A stretch of 64,000 nt of DNA from an uncultured Actinomycetota bacterium (GTDB lineage: Bacteria; Actinomycetota; Thermoleophilia; RBG-16-64-13). The notes below the pieces were generated by a model. The model saw only the letters and a program-made list of their open reading frames with translations, was not told the origin of the DNA and made no database searches. This document shows positions 9,149-18,707 of the stretch, piece by piece (the stretch's first letter is position 1; every line of letters starts with the position of its first letter). The stretch covers positions 75,223-139,222 of the forward strand of contig CAWBOK010000005.1 in NCBI GenBank assembly GCA_963790415.1, read 5' to 3'. The position numbers and the translations under genes were made by a program.

Positions 9149-10417
9149 ATGTCACCCCGTCTACGTGGACTTCTCGGACTCCTGCTCCTCACCCTGGCCT
9201 TCGCGGGACTGGCCTGGATCGGGGGGCTGCGCGACCACACCCACGCATACCTGGCCCTCTACGGGGTCGCGGCCGGGGGCTACCTGCTGGCCCTCTGGGG
9301 CCAGGCCGCACTCCCCTTCCCCGCGGTCATGGTCGTAGCGCTCCTGCTGCGGGCCCTCATGTTTCCCAGCCAACCCAGTCTGTCCGACGACTACCACCGC
9401 TACCTGTGGGACGGCCGCGTGCAGCAGGCGGGCATCAACCCTTACCGCTACGCTCCGGTCGACCCCGCCCTCGACGCCGTCTCCTATCCCGACCGGGCGC
9501 TCATCAACCACCCCGATGTGCAGACCATCTACCCGCCGCTGAGCGAGATGCTGTTTCTCGGACTGTCGGCGATGGGGCTCGGCTCCGTTGCCGGCCTCAA
9601 GCTGGTGCTCGGCGCGTTCGATCTGGCTACCGCCGCTGTCATCGCCTGCGTCGCAGGCAAGACGCGGCGTCGGACGGCTCTCACCATGTATCTCCTGCAC
9701 CCTCTCGTCGTCCAGGAAATCTGGGGGAGCGCCCACATCGACGCCGTCTACGTGTTCCTGATGCTGACAGCGCTGCTCCTGATCATGCGGCATCGCGATC
9801 TGTTGGCGGGCGTTGCTCTGGGAGCCGGGGCGGCCTTCAAACTCGTTCCTCTGTTCCTGGTGATCCCGGCGGTGCTTGGTGGGCGTGTGCGCCCAGGGCG
9901 GTTCCTCCTGGGCTTGACGGCCGCATTCCTGCTGCCCTACCTCCCCTACGCGGCAGGGGGCGCTTTCCTGGGCTCGCTCAGCCGGACCGACGCTACCCCA
10001 GAGTTCGACAGCTCGATCTTCTGGTTGCTCGACGCGGTGCTGCCCTACGCGACGGCCCGGTACATCTGCGTTGGGCTGTACATCGCTGGGGCCGTCTGGA
10101 TCGCGCGGGCCATCCGGGGACGCGAGCACACGGCGAAGGCCTTTGCCTGGACCCTCACCTGGGCGACTCTCCTGCTCCCCGTGGTGCACCCCTGGTACTG
10201 GCTGGGCCCCCTGGCGCTGGGCGCAGCGGCCGGTCTCCACCTCCCGGCGTTCTTGGGGCTTGCGGCACCCGCCTCGTACGTTGCCTACGCCCAGATGCCC
10301 TTCAGCCAACGAACGTGGGCCCGCGTCATCGCCTACCTGCCGCTCGCGGGCGCCTGGAGCGATCTGAAGGCGCTGACCAGGGAACTGACGAAGACAAAGC
10401 CGAAGGCGGCGGCATAG
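9149..10417 (+). CDS. GT-C membrane glycosyltransferase (GT87/DUF2029-like)
   Basis: LSDDYHRYLWDGRVQQAGINPYRYAP, TIYPPL, SAHIDA and VHPWY motifs; polytopic. Confidence 0.85.
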   Translation: MSPRLRGLLGLLLLTLAFAGLAWIGGLRDHTHAYLALYGVAAGGYLLALWGQAALPFPAVMVVALLLRALMFPSQPSLSDDYHRYLWDGRVQQAGINPYRYAPVDPALDAVSYPDRALINHPDVQTIYPPLSEMLFLGLSAMGLGSVAGLKLVLGAFDLATAAVIACVAGKTRRRTALTMYLLHPLVVQEIWGSAHIDAVYVFLMLTALLLIMRHRDLLAGVALGAGAAFKLVPLFLVIPAVLGGRVRPGRFLLGLTAAFLLPYLPYAAGGAFLGSLSRTDATPEFDSSIFWLLDAVLPYATARYICVGLYIAGAVWIARAIRGREHTAKAFAWTLTWATLLLPVVHPWYWLGPLALGAAAGLHLPAFLGLAAPASYVAYAQMPFSQRTWARVIAYLPLAGAWSDLKALTRELTKTKPKAAA

Positions 10418-11817
10418 AGGGTGAGAAAGGGGATCGCCGTCAACCTTCCCGCCTGGAGTGCACTCACGGCGGTGTATCCGGCGAGGACGATCACCCCGAA
10501 CTCGAGCAGTGGCGTCAGCCCCACGACGGCGCGATAGTGCGCTTTTGCCGGGCCGTCCCCCCGCTTGGGCGTACGCACGAACCCCGAGCTGATCCGAAGC
10601 AACGCCTCGATGACGGCCCGAGTGCAGACGACGGCGACGCCGGTGCCCAGCATGATCAGCACCGGCATCAGAAGGATCCGTCGCCGCCAGTCGGGGTAAA
10701 GGTCCTTCTGGCCGGTCACGACCAGGAGGGGCGGCCCCACCGCAAAAGCAATGCCCACCACCAGCCAGCTGAGTGCGGAGGGGAAGTCGCGCACGAGGAA
10801 AGCCGCCGAGACCAACAGGCCCAACATGAACGGGTGGACGAAATAGCCGAGGAGATGCACCACCGCCTCGGTCTTCACCGATATCGGGAGGGGCGAGCGC
10901 AGCACGCGCGGCAGCAGCTTGATGGCCGTCTGCACCGAGCCCTTCGCCCAACGGAACTGCTGACCCTTCAAGGCGTTCATGTCGGCCGGCACCTCCCCCG
11001 GCACGGTCACCGTGGTATCGAACACGCCTCTCCACCCGACGATCTGAGCCCGGTAGCTCAGGTCCAGGTCCTCGGTCAAGGTATCGCCAGACCAGCCACC
11101 GGCCGCCTCGATGCAGGCCCGCCGCCAGATGCCGCCGGCGCCGTTGAAGTTGAACAGCAGGCCGGACCCGAACCGGGATTGCTGCTCCACCACGAAGTGG
11201 GCATCGATAGCCATCGCCTGCAGGCGCGTGAGCAGTGAGTCGTCCCGGTTGAGGTGACTCCAGCGGGCCTGCACGAAACCGACGGAGGGGTCGGAGAAAT
11301 GGCCCACCGTGCGGCGAAGGAAGTCTCGTGGGGGCACGAAGTCGGCGTCGAACACCGCGTAGAGGTCGGAGCGACTCAGCGTCATCCCGAGCGCCAGTGC
11401 GGCCGCTTTGAACCCGGTTCGCTCGCCTCGCCGCACGTGTTGCACCACCAGACCATCGGCGCGCTGATACACCACGGCGTCGCCGGCTCCTGCCGAGATC
11501 GTCTCGCTGTTACTCAGCCGGGAGAGCGACTCGGCCACGAGCGCGGATGTGCCGTCGTTGGAATCGTCGAGCACCTGCAGGACCAGCCGCTCGGACGGGT
11601 AGTCGAACTCCAGGGCACGCTCCAAGAGGCGCTCAACGACATTCAGCTCGTTGTAGAGGGGAAGCTGGACGGTCACCGATGGTCCGTCGGCCGGCGAAGA
11701 GGAGTGCCGCAGTGTCCCCACGCGGCGGTAGCGCCAGGTGAGGTAGAGGCTGTTCACTCCGTACACGGCCAGCCCGAGCGACGAAACGATGTAGATAGAC
11801 AACCAGACCCTATCCAC
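10333..11817 (-). CDS. GT2 processive glycosyltransferase (cellulose synthase-like)
   Basis: VTVQLPLYNE, LDDS, GFKAAAL, FDADF, TEDLD and QQFRWAKG (QxxRW) motifs. Confidence 0.92.
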   Translation of the reverse strand: MDRVWLSIYIVSSLGLAVYGVNSLYLTWRYRRVGTLRHSSSPADGPSVTVQLPLYNELNVVERLLERALEFDYPSERLVLQVLDDSNDGTSALVAESLSRLSNSETISAGAGDAVVYQRADGLVVQHVRRGERTGFKAAALALGMTLSRSDLYAVFDADFVPPRDFLRRTVGHFSDPSVGFVQARWSHLNRDDSLLTRLQAMAIDAHFVVEQQSRFGSGLLFNFNGAGGIWRRACIEAAGGWSGDTLTEDLDLSYRAQIVGWRGVFDTTVTVPGEVPADMNALKGQQFRWAKGSVQTAIKLLPRVLRSPLPISVKTEAVVHLLGYFVHPFMLGLLVSAAFLVRDFPSALSWLVVGIAFAVGPPLLVVTGQKDLYPDWRRRILLMPVLIMLGTGVAVVCTRAVIEALLRISSGFVRTPKRGDGPAKAHYRAVVGLTPLLEFGVIVLAGYTAVSALQAGRLTAIPFLTLYAAAFGFVFVSSLVSAFRSLQAPASGR

Positions 11818-11864
11818 GTGCCGAAGCCTCCTCGCACATCATCTCGGCGCCAGGTGATCTTCCG

Positions 11865-12953
11865 TCAAGCGCGACCGGTCCTCTTGAAGTAGTCCTTGGC
11901 CGCCTTGCTGATGGTCTTCTTTTTGCGATTCTCCTGGGCCCGAAGACGCCTGTCGGTCTTGGCCGCCGCGACCTGCGCCTCGCGGAGGAGCTTATGGTAG
12001 CCGGCCAAGCGCTCGGGCGGCAGCGTCCCCGACTCGACGGCGGCCCGGACCGCGCATCCCGGTTCGTCATTGTGCAGGCAGTCACGGAAGCGGCATGACC
12101 GAGCGGCCCGCTCGATATCCGAAAAGGCTTGAGAGATCCCCTCCTCCGATCCGGTCAGGCCCAACGCCCGCAGTCCCGGAGAGTCGATGAGCAGCCCGCC
12201 GCCCGGCAGCAAGATCAGTTCGCGCGTCACTGTCGTATGGCGCCCCCGCCCATCGCTCAGGCGCACCTCGCGCGTCGGCTGACGCTGCTCACCGAGGAGC
12301 GCGTTGATGAGCGTGGACTTCCCGGCACCCGAAGGCCCCAGCAGAACCGCGGTGCGATGACCCGAGACGTACGCGAGCAGCACGTCGAGGCCCTCGCCGG
12401 CAAGTGCGTTCGTCGTGAGCACGTCGGCACCAAGCGCGACCGACTCGACTGCCCCACGCGCTGCACCCACGTCGGCGGAGAGGTCGGCCTTCGTGAGCAC
12501 AACCACTGGGACGGCGCCCGAGTCCCACGCAAGCGAGAGCTCGCGCTCGATACGGCGAAGGTTGGGTGGCTCCGCAATCGGGTGAACGACGAACACGGTG
12601 TCGATGTTCGCCGCCAGGACTTGGAGGTCCGAGGTCTTTCCCGGGTCGCCGCGTGTAACGGCGCTCGCGCGTTCAAGCACGGCTTCAACAAGCGGCGTAT
12701 CCAGGTCGTCGGGGGCGAGCACGGCCACCCAATCGCCGACGGCCGGCAGATCCGCAGGGCCACAAGCGGACTTCAGCAGACGGGTGGATATCTTCGCGCG
12801 GACGACACCGGTAGGCGTCGCGATCAGCGCGCTGCCGCGGTCGCTGCGGACCACGCGCGCGGGAGCCAGACCCTGGGCAGCGTAGGGTTCGAAGAGCGCC
12901 TGCCAGCGCGGGGAATAGCCGAGGTTTCCAAGTGCAGGGATATCGGCGTTCAC
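11865..12953 (-). CDS. rsgA: Ribosome small subunit-dependent GTPase A
   Basis: Circularly permuted G motifs LTKADL, GPSGAGKST, GRHTT and DSPG; zinc-binding CRFRDCLHNDEPGC. Confidence 0.93.
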   Translation of the reverse strand: MNADIPALGNLGYSPRWQALFEPYAAQGLAPARVVRSDRGSALIATPTGVVRAKISTRLLKSACGPADLPAVGDWVAVLAPDDLDTPLVEAVLERASAVTRGDPGKTSDLQVLAANIDTVFVVHPIAEPPNLRRIERELSLAWDSGAVPVVVLTKADLSADVGAARGAVESVALGADVLTTNALAGEGLDVLLAYVSGHRTAVLLGPSGAGKSTLINALLGEQRQPTREVRLSDGRGRHTTVTRELILLPGGGLLIDSPGLRALGLTGSEEGISQAFSDIERAARSCRFRDCLHNDEPGCAVRAAVESGTLPPERLAGYHKLLREAQVAAAKTDRRLRAQENRKKKTISKAAKDYFKRTGRA

Positions 12954-13084
12954 AGCGTGCCACCTCCTCGGGCCGCGACCGGGCGCGAGACTATCCGGAC
13001 CACTCGCCAGAAGCTGCCTTTTTCGACGGGAAGGAATCGAGCGCGACGGCAACAGAAGGGAATGTCTCCAGGACCTGCCTGTCG

Positions 13085-13215
13085 GATGTGACGAGACTCT
13101 TTCGCGGAGAGTGTCCACCCGGTCGAGCAGGGCGTCTGGATCGATACGCCCGCTGGCGAAGGTCCTCTCCAAGCATACGATGACCTCGCTGTTGATGCTC
13201 CGGCGGTGCGCACCC
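13085..13215 (-). pseudogene. Arc-family (ribbon-helix-helix) DNA-binding protein remnant lacking its N-terminus
   Basis: HRRSINSEVIVCLERT...RIDPDALLDRVDTLRE, starting at the GyrI-like gene stop. Confidence 0.55.
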
Positions 13216-13217
13216 CC

Positions 13218-13829
13218 TCATCGCATCGGTTGCCTGATAACAGTCTTCCATTTCGAGGGATGGGCTCTTCGGATGTCGGTGAGGTAGATCTCGTGGTGCT
13301 TGCCGAATAGCCTGCACCCGGACTCCCGGATGAACTCGTGCACGCGCTCGATGGTGGGGCCCTCGTCGGCGAACGGTCCCAGGTGCATGGTTTGGGCGAC
13401 CGTCCCCTCGGTGAGCGCCTCGAATCGGACCAGCGGAAGTGCGACGGGATTCTTCTTCTTGAGCACCGCTGCGATCGCGTCCGCGACCATCTCAGCCGTG
13501 ATGAAATCCGGCTGCATGATCATCATCGTCCACTTCCAGGCAGAGCGGTCACCCGTCGTGAAGCTCGCCAGGTCCTCCGCCCACCACAGCCCCTCGAGCG
13601 GCATGACCCCGTAGTCGATTCCAACAGCCCCATTCTTGGCATCGAACTTCCCCGCGTACGACACGGCGAAGAGCGCCTCGAGCGCATCGGCGTAGGTCTG
13701 AGAGGTGTTCGGATCGCCCTCGCCATCCACCATCAGGTAGTTCAGTTCGGGAACCTCCACCGCGACCACCTCGCGCGACGGGGGAAAGTAGAGGTGGGCC
13801 ATCTGCTTCTTGACGTCGAGCTTCTTCAC
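13218..13829 (-). CDS. GyrI-like small-molecule-binding domain protein
   Basis: YLMVDGEGDPNTS, VMPLEGLWW, WKWTMMIMQPD, HLGPF and HHEIYL motifs. Confidence 0.88.
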   Translation of the reverse strand: MKKLDVKKQMAHLYFPPSREVVAVEVPELNYLMVDGEGDPNTSQTYADALEALFAVSYAGKFDAKNGAVGIDYGVMPLEGLWWAEDLASFTTGDRSAWKWTMMIMQPDFITAEMVADAIAAVLKKKNPVALPLVRFEALTEGTVAQTMHLGPFADEGPTIERVHEFIRESGCRLFGKHHEIYLTDIRRAHPSKWKTVIRQPMR

Positions 13830-13840
13830 AGGTGTTCCCC

Positions 13841-14830
13841 CTATGCGTCGGAGGGTCCGGTGACCCCTTCGAACCTCTCGATGATCCGCCAGGCCAACAG
13901 GGTCAGCCACCGCGATGGCGTCTTCTTCTGCCCGAACTCCCACGCCTTCCACGCCGTCCACACCGACTCGCCGGTGAAGCGTCCCTGCTCATCTGCCTTA
14001 CCCTTCAGCAGCTGCAGCATGTCGAGCGCCCGCGCATCTTCCCTGAGCCACGGGAATCGCGAAAGCACCTCGAGCACGTGCAGCAGGTCGTACCAGACAA
14101 ACGGGACTTTCAGCTTGCGGAAGTCGGTGCCCATGTAGAACATGTACGGGTGCCGGATGGTGCTCTCGTTCCACAACGTGAGAAGCGCTTCCGCCCCCGC
14201 GCGGGTGGCAGGGCAATCGCGCAGGTCGTCGACGACCGACAACGCCTTGAGCATGGCCAGGTTGGCGAACGGACAGGGGTCGTCCTTGCGACCCGGCCCC
14301 CGGAACGTGCCCAGTTCCTTCGAGACGGCGCAGGGCCAGCCGTTCTCGCGCACCAGCCCGGTCAAGTAGTCGACAGCGGATCGCACCGCAAGCTCGCGTG
14401 CAAGACCGAACCCAACCAGAGCGTAGACGACGAGAGGAGCATCGCACAGCGCCCACGCCCAGCGGTTGTCGCCGGTTCCTCCATAGTGCGCGGCAACGTT
14501 CATGGAGAGTTGGAACGGCCCTTCGGTCGACTGATGCTCCAAGATCCGGGCGATGATCGTATCCACACCGGCGTCGGCCGCCTTGAGCCCCAGGTCGGCG
14601 ACGAACGTCAGCTTGTGGAACGGCTGACCGGCGCTCTTGTGGCTCGATATGACTACCCCCGGCCATTCGGCCAGCCCTTCGATCAGGACGCGCACCGGAG
14701 GGGTCTCCAGCATCCGCCCGCGGGCGGAGACGACCTTGGGGTCGTCCTCGCACTGCCCCAGTAGATCGCGCCTGGTGCGGTATTCGATCCACGGCTCGCC
14801 CTTGAGCAGCCACTCGATGGGAGCGTTCAT
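13841..14830 (-). CDS. Prenyltransferase-repeat-like hypothetical protein
   Basis: IEWLLKGEPWIEYRTRRDLL, GWPC, FRKLKVPFVWYDLL and PSRWLT; same fold class as 7921-8958. Confidence 0.65.
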   Translation of the reverse strand: MNAPIEWLLKGEPWIEYRTRRDLLGQCEDDPKVVSARGRMLETPPVRVLIEGLAEWPGVVISSHKSAGQPFHKLTFVADLGLKAADAGVDTIIARILEHQSTEGPFQLSMNVAAHYGGTGDNRWAWALCDAPLVVYALVGFGLARELAVRSAVDYLTGLVRENGWPCAVSKELGTFRGPGRKDDPCPFANLAMLKALSVVDDLRDCPATRAGAEALLTLWNESTIRHPYMFYMGTDFRKLKVPFVWYDLLHVLEVLSRFPWLREDARALDMLQLLKGKADEQGRFTGESVWTAWKAWEFGQKKTPSRWLTLLAWRIIERFEGVTGPSDA

Positions 14831-14864
14831 CGTAGGCACCCCTCACGGTTCAAGAGCGGCGGCA

Positions 14865-15808
14865 CTACGCTTCGCAGTGCTCGCGGTACCAGCTGACCGT
14901 ACGCTGGAGCGCGGCCTCCGCCGGCGTGGCGGTGAGTCCCAGTTCGCGCTCGATGCGACTCGAGTCAACCACGAACGGTTTCGTGAACTCGTACATCATC
15001 TCTACACCTCTTTGGCGGCGGGGCTGAACAACCCTGCGATCCGCAAAAGAAGTGGCGAGAAGGCACTCGCCGCCGGGGGGATGCCGAGCAGCGCGCAGGC
15101 CGCCTCGATCATCTGACCCTGCGTACGGGCCGGCGCGTGCGGCGAGATCCAGACCCGGCCGAGCACGCCGTCGCGGACGCCGAGTTCGGCGGCCGCCCGG
15201 CCCACGTCCTCGATGTAGGCCAGGGAATGGGGCTGTGACAGCGATCCGCTCACCTGGGCTTTCTTGCCCGCGAGGAGCCTGGCGAACACCCGTTCGCCGA
15301 ACGCCGACCCGGTCACGCCAGGGCCGTAGTAGTCACTCGAGCGCAGAGCGACCGCCTGCACCTCACCGGCGTCGTGCGCGGCCTTTACCTCCGCGGCCAT
15401 GCGCCTGCGCAGTTCGCCCTTCCGCGAGACGGGCGCAACGGCCGAGTCCTCGGTGATGGGTTGCGTGGAGTCGTACATGTAGAGGTTCTCGATGGAGACG
15501 TAGCGGGCGCCCGTCGCCCTCGCTGCGCCCAGCACACTCGCCTGCAGGCCGGGAAAGAACTCGTGCCACTGGTGGTAGGGGGGATTGAGGGCCTGGTAGA
15601 CCACAGTCGCCCCTTCGGCGGCGGCGATCGCGGCCGCCGGTTGGCTTGCGTCGGCGGCGACCACGTCCACGCCGGCGGGCATGAATTCGGGGCGCCTGGC
15701 GGTGCGGTTAATCGCGCGCACGCTGTGTCCGTTCTCGGTGAGGGTCCGCGCGGTCCAGCAACCCGCCGGGCCGGTGCCGAAGATGACGTGGAGTTGGTTC
15801 GATGTCAC
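14865..15808 (-). CDS. NAD-dependent epimerase/dehydratase; apparent -1 frameshift near 15003
   Basis: IFGTGPAG Rossmann motif, ENLYMYD, SDYYGPG; the frame resumes as EMMYEFTKPFVVDSSRIERELG to TAG at 14865. Confidence 0.85.
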
Positions 15809-16215
15809 GAGTCCTCCTTGTGCCCCACGGACGCGGACACCAGTTCCTCGAGCACTTCAAGATCGACGTCCGTCAGCCGCTTGATGTAGAGGCATCCCTT
15901 CCCAGTCCTGTACTTGCCCAGCCGCGCGAGGACACCCCCGAAGCGATCGAAGCCCTGCGTGAGGTACACGGTCAAGTCCCGCTTACGAGGGGCGAAGCCG
16001 ACCAGGAACCAGTCGCCTTCTCGACCGCTCGCGTACACGTAGTGGTAGCTGCCGAACCCCACGATGCCCGATCCCCACATCTCGGGCTCAGCGGAGGCGG
16101 CACGCCTCATAAGGTCGACCAGCTTGAGACAGTCCTGCCGCCGTGTGTCATCGGCTATCCCTTGGATGAACGCGTCAACGCTCTCCCCCGTGCGTGTGGT
16201 CTTGAGGTCCGCCAT
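15805..16215 (-). CDS. DUF1801 (YdhG-like) protein
   Basis: MWGSGIVGFGSYHY; GKYRTGKGCLYIKRL. Confidence 0.9.
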   Translation of the reverse strand: MADLKTTRTGESVDAFIQGIADDTRRQDCLKLVDLMRRAASAEPEMWGSGIVGFGSYHYVYASGREGDWFLVGFAPRKRDLTVYLTQGFDRFGGVLARLGKYRTGKGCLYIKRLTDVDLEVLEELVSASVGHKEDS

Positions 16216-16266
16216 CGTCCCACCCCCTCTCTACACCAAGCGCGTAGCGCACGCACGGCGCTTCGC

Positions 16267-17343
16267 TTACACCAGCAACGCCGGCAATCCGAGAAACTCA
16301 CCGTACTGCTGGGCTGCCATCCCGACGGCCCGGCATTCGGCTGCAGTCAAGCGACTGAACAGGTTCATATCGACAACCACGGCGTCTCGTCTTAGCGTGC
16401 GCTTCCATGTACCCACGATCTGGCCATCGATCACGACGACGTGGCTCAGGGCATTGCCCATGGCCTTCAACTTGGCCCCGACCTCGGCCCCGCCGATGGC
16501 GCTGCGGTCCTTGTACCCCGATGTGTACTCATCGTAGACCGACAACAACCACGCGCTCGGCGACAGACTGTCCGCAGGTGGTGGGGGCGTCGGGAACCAG
16601 TAGGTATGGCCGCCCGCGACTACGTGTTCCAGCTGGACCTTGACGGCGTCCAAACCGCGCGTGGCGTCAATGATCGTCAGCCCGGACCACTTCGCGTAGT
16701 CCTGCACGGTGGCCGGCCCTCGGCTCATGAAGTACCGCCTGGACAGTTCGGCCAAAGCCTCCTCACGCTCAAGGGTCTTGGCGTGGGGGACGCGGTCGTC
16801 CAGCAACGCGTAGGTGAACTGTCTGCCGCGGCGCGCGCCGCTGCAGATAACGCCGTCCAATTCCGCGGCCATCATGATGTAGGCTGATCGCAACCCGCCG
16901 TCGGTCGCGATCCCGGCCATATGCAGCACGCCCCGCAATTCGTCGCGAGTGAGTTGTCTGCCGCCCTGTAGTGCCGCAGCCAGCGCTTCGTTGCTGCGCT
17001 GCAACGTGGCTCGGTCCAATCCCAGCCGCCGGTACATGTAGGCGTTGACCTTGTGGACATGCGGCGCGGTGAGCGCCAGCATCCAGCGGATATCCCCAGG
17101 CGCCACAAAATGCCAGGTGGGCCGGAGCAGATGCGTGCGGAGAATGGACCCATCGGTGAAGGCCTGCTCGACGTCGTCATCGGTGGCCCCGAGCACACGC
17201 AGTCCGAGCGCCCATTTCGCGCCCGCATAATCCTGGGCTTGGACTGCACCCAGCCACTGGACGGCCTCACCAGGCACGCTCAGCGGAGCGGCGGCGAGGC
17301 GTTGGTTGTAGAGCCGCCGTCGGGCGATCTCGAAACGTGTCAT
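16267..17343 (-). CDS. AlkZ/YcaQ-family (HTH_42) DNA glycosylase
   Basis: GAVQAQDY (QxQ), RTHLLRPTWHFV and LLSVYDEY motifs. Confidence 0.88.
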   Translation of the reverse strand: MTRFEIARRRLYNQRLAAAPLSVPGEAVQWLGAVQAQDYAGAKWALGLRVLGATDDDVEQAFTDGSILRTHLLRPTWHFVAPGDIRWMLALTAPHVHKVNAYMYRRLGLDRATLQRSNEALAAALQGGRQLTRDELRGVLHMAGIATDGGLRSAYIMMAAELDGVICSGARRGRQFTYALLDDRVPHAKTLEREEALAELSRRYFMSRGPATVQDYAKWSGLTIIDATRGLDAVKVQLEHVVAGGHTYWFPTPPPPADSLSPSAWLLSVYDEYTSGYKDRSAIGGAEVGAKLKAMGNALSHVVVIDGQIVGTWKRTLRRDAVVVDMNLFSRLTAAECRAVGMAAQQYGEFLGLPALLV

Positions 17344-17391
17344 CAGTGGCCTCCGAAGCGAGTCGACCTCCCCGGGGCGCCGGACCGCGTC

Positions 17392-17720
17392 CTACGTGAG
17401 CTCGCCTTCCAGCATGTCCATCAGAAGCGCGTCTCGCCATACGCCGCCCGGCCCGAGTTCGTAGCTCCTCAAGACGCCGACAGGCCGGAAGCCGATCTTC
17501 GCGTACGCGGCGATTGCGCGCATGTTGATAGCGGCCGGGTCGACTATGAGCCGGTGATGACCGCGCTCCGTGAACAGGTATCTCGCCACGGCCCGCAAAG
17601 CGTCCGGCCCCAGTCCCTGCCCGAGGTACGTCGTCGCAAGCGTGATGTCCAAGCCCGCGGACTTGTAGTAGGGGTCCAGCTCCTCGGTGAACAACCGACG
17701 AAGCCCTCGTCCTGCCCCCG
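17392..17720 (-). pseudogene. C-terminal half of a GNAT (RimJ / AAC(6')-like fold)
   Basis: EELDPYYKSAGLDI...GQGLG...HHRLIVDPAAINMRAIAAYAKIGFRPVG; N-terminus replaced by the AlkZ-like gene. Confidence 0.7.
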
Positions 17721-18667
17721 ACTCTCCACGTGCCCATAACGCGCCCGTCCACTACGATCGTGGGCCGGAACACCCCGTTGCCGCCGGGAACGATCCGCTC
17801 GGAGGCGGCCGGATCCAAGACGATCCCGCGATCCGCGTAGCCGAGGATGTACTCGTCGAAGCCGGGCAGGAGACACACCCTCCGCGCATCCGGGTTCGAG
17901 GCAGGAGGTCCCGGCGGCATCCAGTACGCCGCATCGCCGACCTTCTGTTGCGCCAGCCGAGTCCTGTCGGCGAGTTCGATCCCCTTCTTGGCGTCCGCAA
18001 CCGTCAGACCTGACCACCAGGAGAAATCCTTGAGCGTGGCCGGGCCATGACCGGCGAAATAGAGGCGCGCCAACTCTACCAGAGCCACTTCGCGATCCAG
18101 CGACGCTCCTTCGGGCACCCGCTCGTCGAGCAGTGCGAACGTCGCCTGCCCACCCTCGAATGACGCCTGGCAGAGAAGGCCCTGCAGTGAAAGATGCCCA
18201 AGAATGTGGATCCCGCGCTGGCCCTTCGTCTGGATGCCGGCACCCTCCAAGAGGTCCATCGCCTCGTCTCGGGCCAGCTGTCTGCCGCCGGACAACGCGC
18301 CTGTCAACAGGTCGCGGCTCAGCGCGAGCGTGGAACCATCGATCCCGAGTTGACGAAGCCGGTATGCGCCTGCAGCGATGATGCGCGGCGCCAGCAGCCT
18401 GAGAACCCAGCGAACGTCTGCCCCGGCCACGAAGTGCAGAGTGCCGCGCATCGCCCACGTGCGCACGATGGCAGCGCCTGCCAGCGCCCGCTCGATGTCG
18501 GCCTCGCAGGAGTCCGGCAAACGAAGACCGACTGCCCACAAGGCGCACCGGTAGTCCTGGGCCTGCATGGCTCCGAACACGGCCACCACTTCCTGCGGCG
18601 TTGTGCTGGGGCGTACCGTGATCTGCTGATTCGCCAGCCGAAGTCGGGCTATGTCGAGGGAGGTCAG
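17720..18667 (-). pseudogene. Second AlkZ-family DNA glycosylase, truncated at the 3' end
   Basis: IARLRLANQQI...GAMQAQDY, RTWAMRGTLHF and LLPGFDEYILGY; ends at GTWR at the junction with the GNAT remnant; CTG at the expected start behind a GGAAGG RBS. Confidence 0.78.
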
Positions 18668-18707
18668 CGGGCGGACCGCCTTCCCTCGTCTGATCGCAAG
18701 ACTCCGC

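Noticed and set aside
17267-18589. 440-aa extended AlkZ ORF
   Set aside because: The C-terminal about 150 aa are off-frame read-through across a GNAT remnant.
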